A stretch of 8,314 nt of DNA, taken from positions 1-8,314 of the IMG/VR virus record IMGVR_UViG_2778261154_000010. The stretch is one strand, 5' to 3'. A program made the position numbers and the translations under genes. Position 1 is the stretch's first letter; each line of letters opens with the position of its first letter. Positions 5,643 to 8,314 of this stretch are shown piece by piece. The notes beneath the pieces are model-generated. The model saw nothing but the letters and a program-made list of their open reading frames with translations, was not told the DNA's origin and made no database searches. This stretch comes from a virus. Its lineage: Duplodnaviria > Heunggongvirae > Uroviricota > Caudoviricetes.

Positions 5643-5808
5643 ATGCGTAATGCACAGCTACATTCAAATTATGGTGAGGCGTGCGGGGCAGCCGCAAGGC
5701 TGGCCGGGTTCTCGAGTGACCGGTAGTGCTAACCCTGTGCGTCTCACCACCCATGAGATTAGCACCTCTGGTGGTGAGTTAATTAACTTATCACTTGAGG
5801 ATGTCATT

Positions 5809-6357
5809 ATGGCTACTACCCTTTCTCACCCTGACGTAACCATCGAAAATGGTCGCGCCGTCACTACTTCTATTTCGATTGCTGAGTTTTTTGGCAAGCA
5901 GCATCACCATGTTGTTCAAAAAATAGAATCCCTCGAATGTTCTGAACTATTTTTAACCAGCAACTTTTCGCGGGTTAAATTTGAACACCGCGGCAATTCT
6001 TATAACGCCTACCAAATCACCAAAAACGGCTTCGTTTTCCTGGTGATGGGCTTCACTGGCAAAAAAGCCGCTGCATTCAAAGAGGCATACATTGCTGAGT
6101 TCGACCGCATGGAGGCCGAACTGCGCCAGAATAACACCCCACCTGCTGACAAGATGATTCCGGGTGATGGTCGCACTCTGGTTGTTCACTTCGACAAATT
6201 CGGCAATGTCGAATTCACCGAAACCGTTCCTGATGGCGCACTGGTCTGTACCCTGGAGACTTTCCGGTTTTATCTGGAAAAACAGGGATGGACTCTTGTT
6301 AACCGGGGCGCAATTAAAAATATGACTGTGGAACAATTACTCAAAATTCATTGTTGA
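5809..6357 (+). CDS. rha: Phage regulatory protein Rha (pRha domain) inserted between DicF and dicB
   Basis: MATTLSHPDVTIENGRAVTTSISIAEFFGKQHHHVVQKIESL...FVFLVMGFTGKKAAAFKEAYIAEFDRMEAEL matches the Rha-family N-terminal domain as recalled. GAGG sits 8 nt upstream of the ATG at 5809. The ORF track extends the frame to 5407, but the extension is not protein-like. Confidence 0.75.
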   Translation: MATTLSHPDVTIENGRAVTTSISIAEFFGKQHHHVVQKIESLECSELFLTSNFSRVKFEHRGNSYNAYQITKNGFVFLVMGFTGKKAAAFKEAYIAEFDRMEAELRQNNTPPADKMIPGDGRTLVVHFDKFGNVEFTETVPDGALVCTLETFRFYLEKQGWTLVNRGAIKNMTVEQLLKIHC

Positions 6358-6367
6358 GGACGCAATA

Positions 6368-6556
6368 ATGGAGACGTTATTACCAAACGTTAATACGTCT
6401 GAAGGTTGTTTTGAAATTGGTGTCACTATCAGTAACCCTGTATTTACTGAAGATGCCATTAACAAGAGAAAACACGAACGGGAGCTATTAAATAAAATAT
6501 GCATTGTTTCAATGCTGGCTCGTTTACGTCTGATGCCAAAAGGATGTGCACAATGA
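6368..6556 (+). CDS. dicB: DicB cell-division inhibitor (62 aa)
   Basis: METLLPNVNTSEGCFEIGVTISNPVFTEDAINKRKHERELLNKICIVSMLARLRLMPKGCAQ is near-identical to E. coli K-12 DicB as recalled. GAGGA sits 7 nt upstream of the ATG. Confidence 0.9.
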   Translation: METLLPNVNTSEGCFEIGVTISNPVFTEDAINKRKHERELLNKICIVSMLARLRLMPKGCAQ

Positions 6557-6744
6557 ATACAGTATTTGCACTCGTTCTGACGGTTTTTCTTGTTTCCGGT
6601 GAACCGGTTGACATGGTTACTGGCGTATACAGCTCAATGAAAGAATGTATGACTGCCGCAGCGAAACAGAAAATTCCCGGTGACTGTTATCCGGTCGATA
6701 AAGTTATTCACCATGATAATAACGAAATCCCGGCAGGTCTTTAA
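6553..6744 (+). CDS. ydfD: YdfD-like small membrane/lysis protein (63 aa)
   Basis: ATG at 6553 overlaps the dicB stop (ATGA). MNTVFALVLTVFLVSGEPVD... has an N-terminal hydrophobic segment and closely resembles K-12 YdfD as recalled. The ORF track shows a longer 6499 start that overlaps dicB. Confidence 0.8.
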   Translation: MNTVFALVLTVFLVSGEPVDMVTGVYSSMKECMTAAAKQKIPGDCYPVDKVIHHDNNEIPAGL

Positions 6745-6828
6745 AACAGTTCCGTAATAAATATCCGGTTTCATTCTTATATGCCAGCAATGGCAGGGGT
6801 TCGCTCAACCTTAATTAAGGAGAAAAAC

Positions 6829-7026
6829 ATGATTACCAGTTATGAAGCCACTGTTGTAACTACTGATGACATTGTTCACGAGGTTAATCTGGAAGGAAAG
6901 CGTATTGGCTACGTGATTAAGACAGAAAATAAAGAAACCCCATTCACTGTGGTTGATATCGACGGTCCATCAGGCAACGTTAAAACACTTAACGATGGTG
7001 TAAAAAAATGTGTCTGGTGCACATAG
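6829..7026 (+). CDS. Hypothetical small protein (65 aa) ending in a CVWC motif
   Basis: ATG at 6829 with a strong AAGGAG 5 nt upstream; the ORF-track start at 6781 would include that RBS. MITSYEATVVTTDDIVHEVNLEGKRIGYVIKTENKETPFTVVDIDGPSGNVKTLNDGVKKCVWCT. No confident family assignment. Confidence 0.6.
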   Translation: MITSYEATVVTTDDIVHEVNLEGKRIGYVIKTENKETPFTVVDIDGPSGNVKTLNDGVKKCVWCT

Positions 7027-7102
7027 GAAAGAATCTGCCCGCAGAAAAAAAAGCCGAATTTCTGGCAACTCTGATTGCAATGAAATTAAAAGGTGAAATC
7101 TG

Positions 7103-7132
7103 AAAAAAAGAAAGCCTGCACACTGTGCAGGC
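7103..7132 (-). terminator. Hairpin with a U-tract on the minus strand: intrinsic terminator oriented against the flanking plus-strand genes
   Basis: Perfect 8-bp stem GCCTGCAC / GTGCAGGC (7114-7121 and 7125-7132) with a 3-nt loop. On the minus strand it is followed by TTTCTTTTTTT; on the plus strand no T-tract follows it. Confidence 0.4.
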
Positions 7133-7202
7133 CTGAGTGAAGAACCTGGGACATTTATTCATCACTCGCAGTAATTTTAATCTGAGTTGAGGTTAAAAAA
7201 CA

Positions 7203-8314
7203 ATGAGCACCGATAAACAAGTTTACCCACTGTATTACGAAGCAAAAAATGACAAAGTAAGAAAACGCCTCGGTATTAAAGGCGGTTTTTACTGGGCTGA
7301 AGCGAAAAAATTATCCATTGCCATCTCCCGTGGTGCTGTTGCGATTGACGATGCAGGCTACGATGAAGATGACTTTAAAAAACCTGTTCACGTCAATTTG
7401 CCCGTTGTTGATGACCTCCCGCCAGAAGGCGTGTTTGATACGGAATTCTGCAACCGTTACGAAAAAGGCGGGGAAGATGGCATCACAATGGTATTTATCG
7501 CATCTTCTCCCTCTGTTCAGGACAAACCAGCCAGCACTGACAATACCAACGTCAACGGCGAAGACATGACAGAAATTGAGGAGAACATGCTCCTGCCAGT
7601 TTCCGGTCAGGAACTGCCCATTCGCTGGCTTGCGCAACACGGCAGCGAAAAACCGGTAACGCACGTTTCACGCGACGAACTCCAGGCATTACACATTGCT
7701 CGGGATGAAGAACTACCGGCTGTTACTGCTCTGGCTGTTTCGCATAAAACCAGTCTGCTCGACCCGCTGGAGATTCGCGACCTCCACAAACTCGTGCGTG
7801 ATACTGACAAAGTTTTCCCTAATCCTGGCAATTCAAATCTGGGACTGATGACTGCTTTTTTCGAAGCATATCTGGATGCCAACTACACCGATCGCGGTCT
7901 GCTGACAAAAGAGTGGATGAAAGGAAATCGTGTTTCGCGTATCACTCGCACGGCTTCCGGTGCTAATGCTGGCGGCGGGAACCTCACCGATCGCGGCGAA
8001 GGTTTCGTCCACGATCTGACGTCGCTGGCGCGCGACGTAGCCACTGGCGTACTGGCCCGTTCAATGGACGTGGATATTTATAACCTTCATCCGGCACACG
8101 CTAAACGTGTCGAGGAAATTATCGCTGAAAATAAACCGCCCTTTTCTGTTTTCCGCGACAAATTCATCACCATGCCTGGCGGGATGGATTATTCCCGCGC
8201 CATCGTGGTTGCGTCAGTGAAAGAAGCACCGATTGGTATCGAGGTCATCCCCGCGCACGTCACTGAATATCTGAACAAGGTACTGACTGAAACCGATCAT
8301 GCCAACCCTGATCC
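7203..8314 (+). CDS. recE: RecE-like (exodeoxyribonuclease VIII family) N-terminal region, open at the 3-prime window edge
   Basis: Uninterrupted frame from ATG 7203 to the window end (at least 370 codons); it is absent from the ORF track presumably because it has no stop in the window. Segments such as [43 protein letters not shown] and [20 protein letters not shown] match the Rac RecE N-terminal region as I recall it. Its position at the distal end of the early-left operon fits a recombination gene. The family call is from memory and not verified. Confidence 0.55.
   Translation, partial: MSTDKQVYPLYYEAKNDKVRKRLGIKGGFYWAEAKKLSIAISRGAVAIDDAGYDEDDFKKPVHVNLPVVDDLPPEGVFDTEFCNRYEKGGEDGITMVFIASSPSVQDKPASTDNTNVNGEDMTEIEENMLLPVSGQELPIRWLAQHGSEKPVTHVSRDELQALHIARDEELPAVTALAVSHKTSLLDPLEIRDLHKLVRDTDKVFPNPGNSNLGLMTAFFEAYLDANYTDRGLLTKEWMKGNRVSRITRTASGANAGGGNLTDRGEGFVHDLTSLARDVATGVLARSMDVDIYNLHPAHAKRVEEIIAENKPPFSVFRDKFITMPGGMDYSRAIVVASVKEAPIGIEVIPAHVTEYLNKVLTETDHANPD

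Larger units (their letters stand above)
1..8314. mobile_element. Lambdoid prophage early region: immunity switch, replication module and dicB/kil-type early-left operon
   Basis: Gene order cro-like / cII-position gene / O / P on one strand, a divergent repressor, and a DicF-dicB-ydfD operon on the other strand; no prophage ends are visible in the window. Confidence 0.8.

Noticed and set aside
5673-5748. 76-nt stem-enclosed element considered as a tRNA gene
   Set aside because: Its length is tRNA-like, but it has no canonical T-loop (GTTCTCG instead of GTTCRAN), no U8, no CCA-compatible 3-prime end, and the internal arms do not fit a cloverleaf.
5407-5808. N-terminal extension of the rha ORF (TTG 5407 or ATG 5515)
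   Set aside because: The Rha domain begins right at the ATG at 5809, which has a well-spaced GAGG. The extension lacks protein-like composition and contains terminator-like and palindromic RNA/DNA structure. Kept as a finding rather than a CDS.
5953-6336. ORF 5953..6336 (-)
   Set aside because: Antisense shadow of rha.
7311-7882. ORF-track entries 7311..7664 (-), 7607..7882 (-) and 7318..7569 (+)
   Set aside because: All lie within the long uninterrupted plus-strand frame starting at 7203 (RecE-like), on the opposite strand or out of frame. Their proteins are Arg/Cys/Ser-rich with no RBS, so they are treated as shadow ORFs.

Overview
This window reads as the early/immunity region of a lambdoid (Rac/Qin-like) enterobacterial prophage. 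All calls rest on reading the sequence and ORF track by eye plus recalled family knowledge; no database search was run. On the minus strand an early operon runs Cro/YdaS-like HTH -> YdaT-like -> unknown 243-aa ORF -> O-like replication initiator (with two internal arrays of 10-bp phased CGTGAC iterons) -> P-like protein -> small winged-helix-like protein. A DicA/XRE-like repressor is transcribed divergently on the plus strand. Downstream of it sit a HigB/HigA-like toxin-antitoxin pair (minus strand) and then a plus-strand dicB-type operon: ydfA, ydfB, ydfC-like, DicF-like sRNA, a structured ~470-bp spacer, rha, dicB, ydfD, a small ORF, and the open-ended start of a RecE-like protein. The least explained parts, and the best candidates for something new, are the unknown ORF between ydaT and O with a 141-aa membrane-protein ORF on its antisense strand, the second iteron array inside the O N-terminal coding region, and the structured region upstream of rha with mutually exclusive stems.
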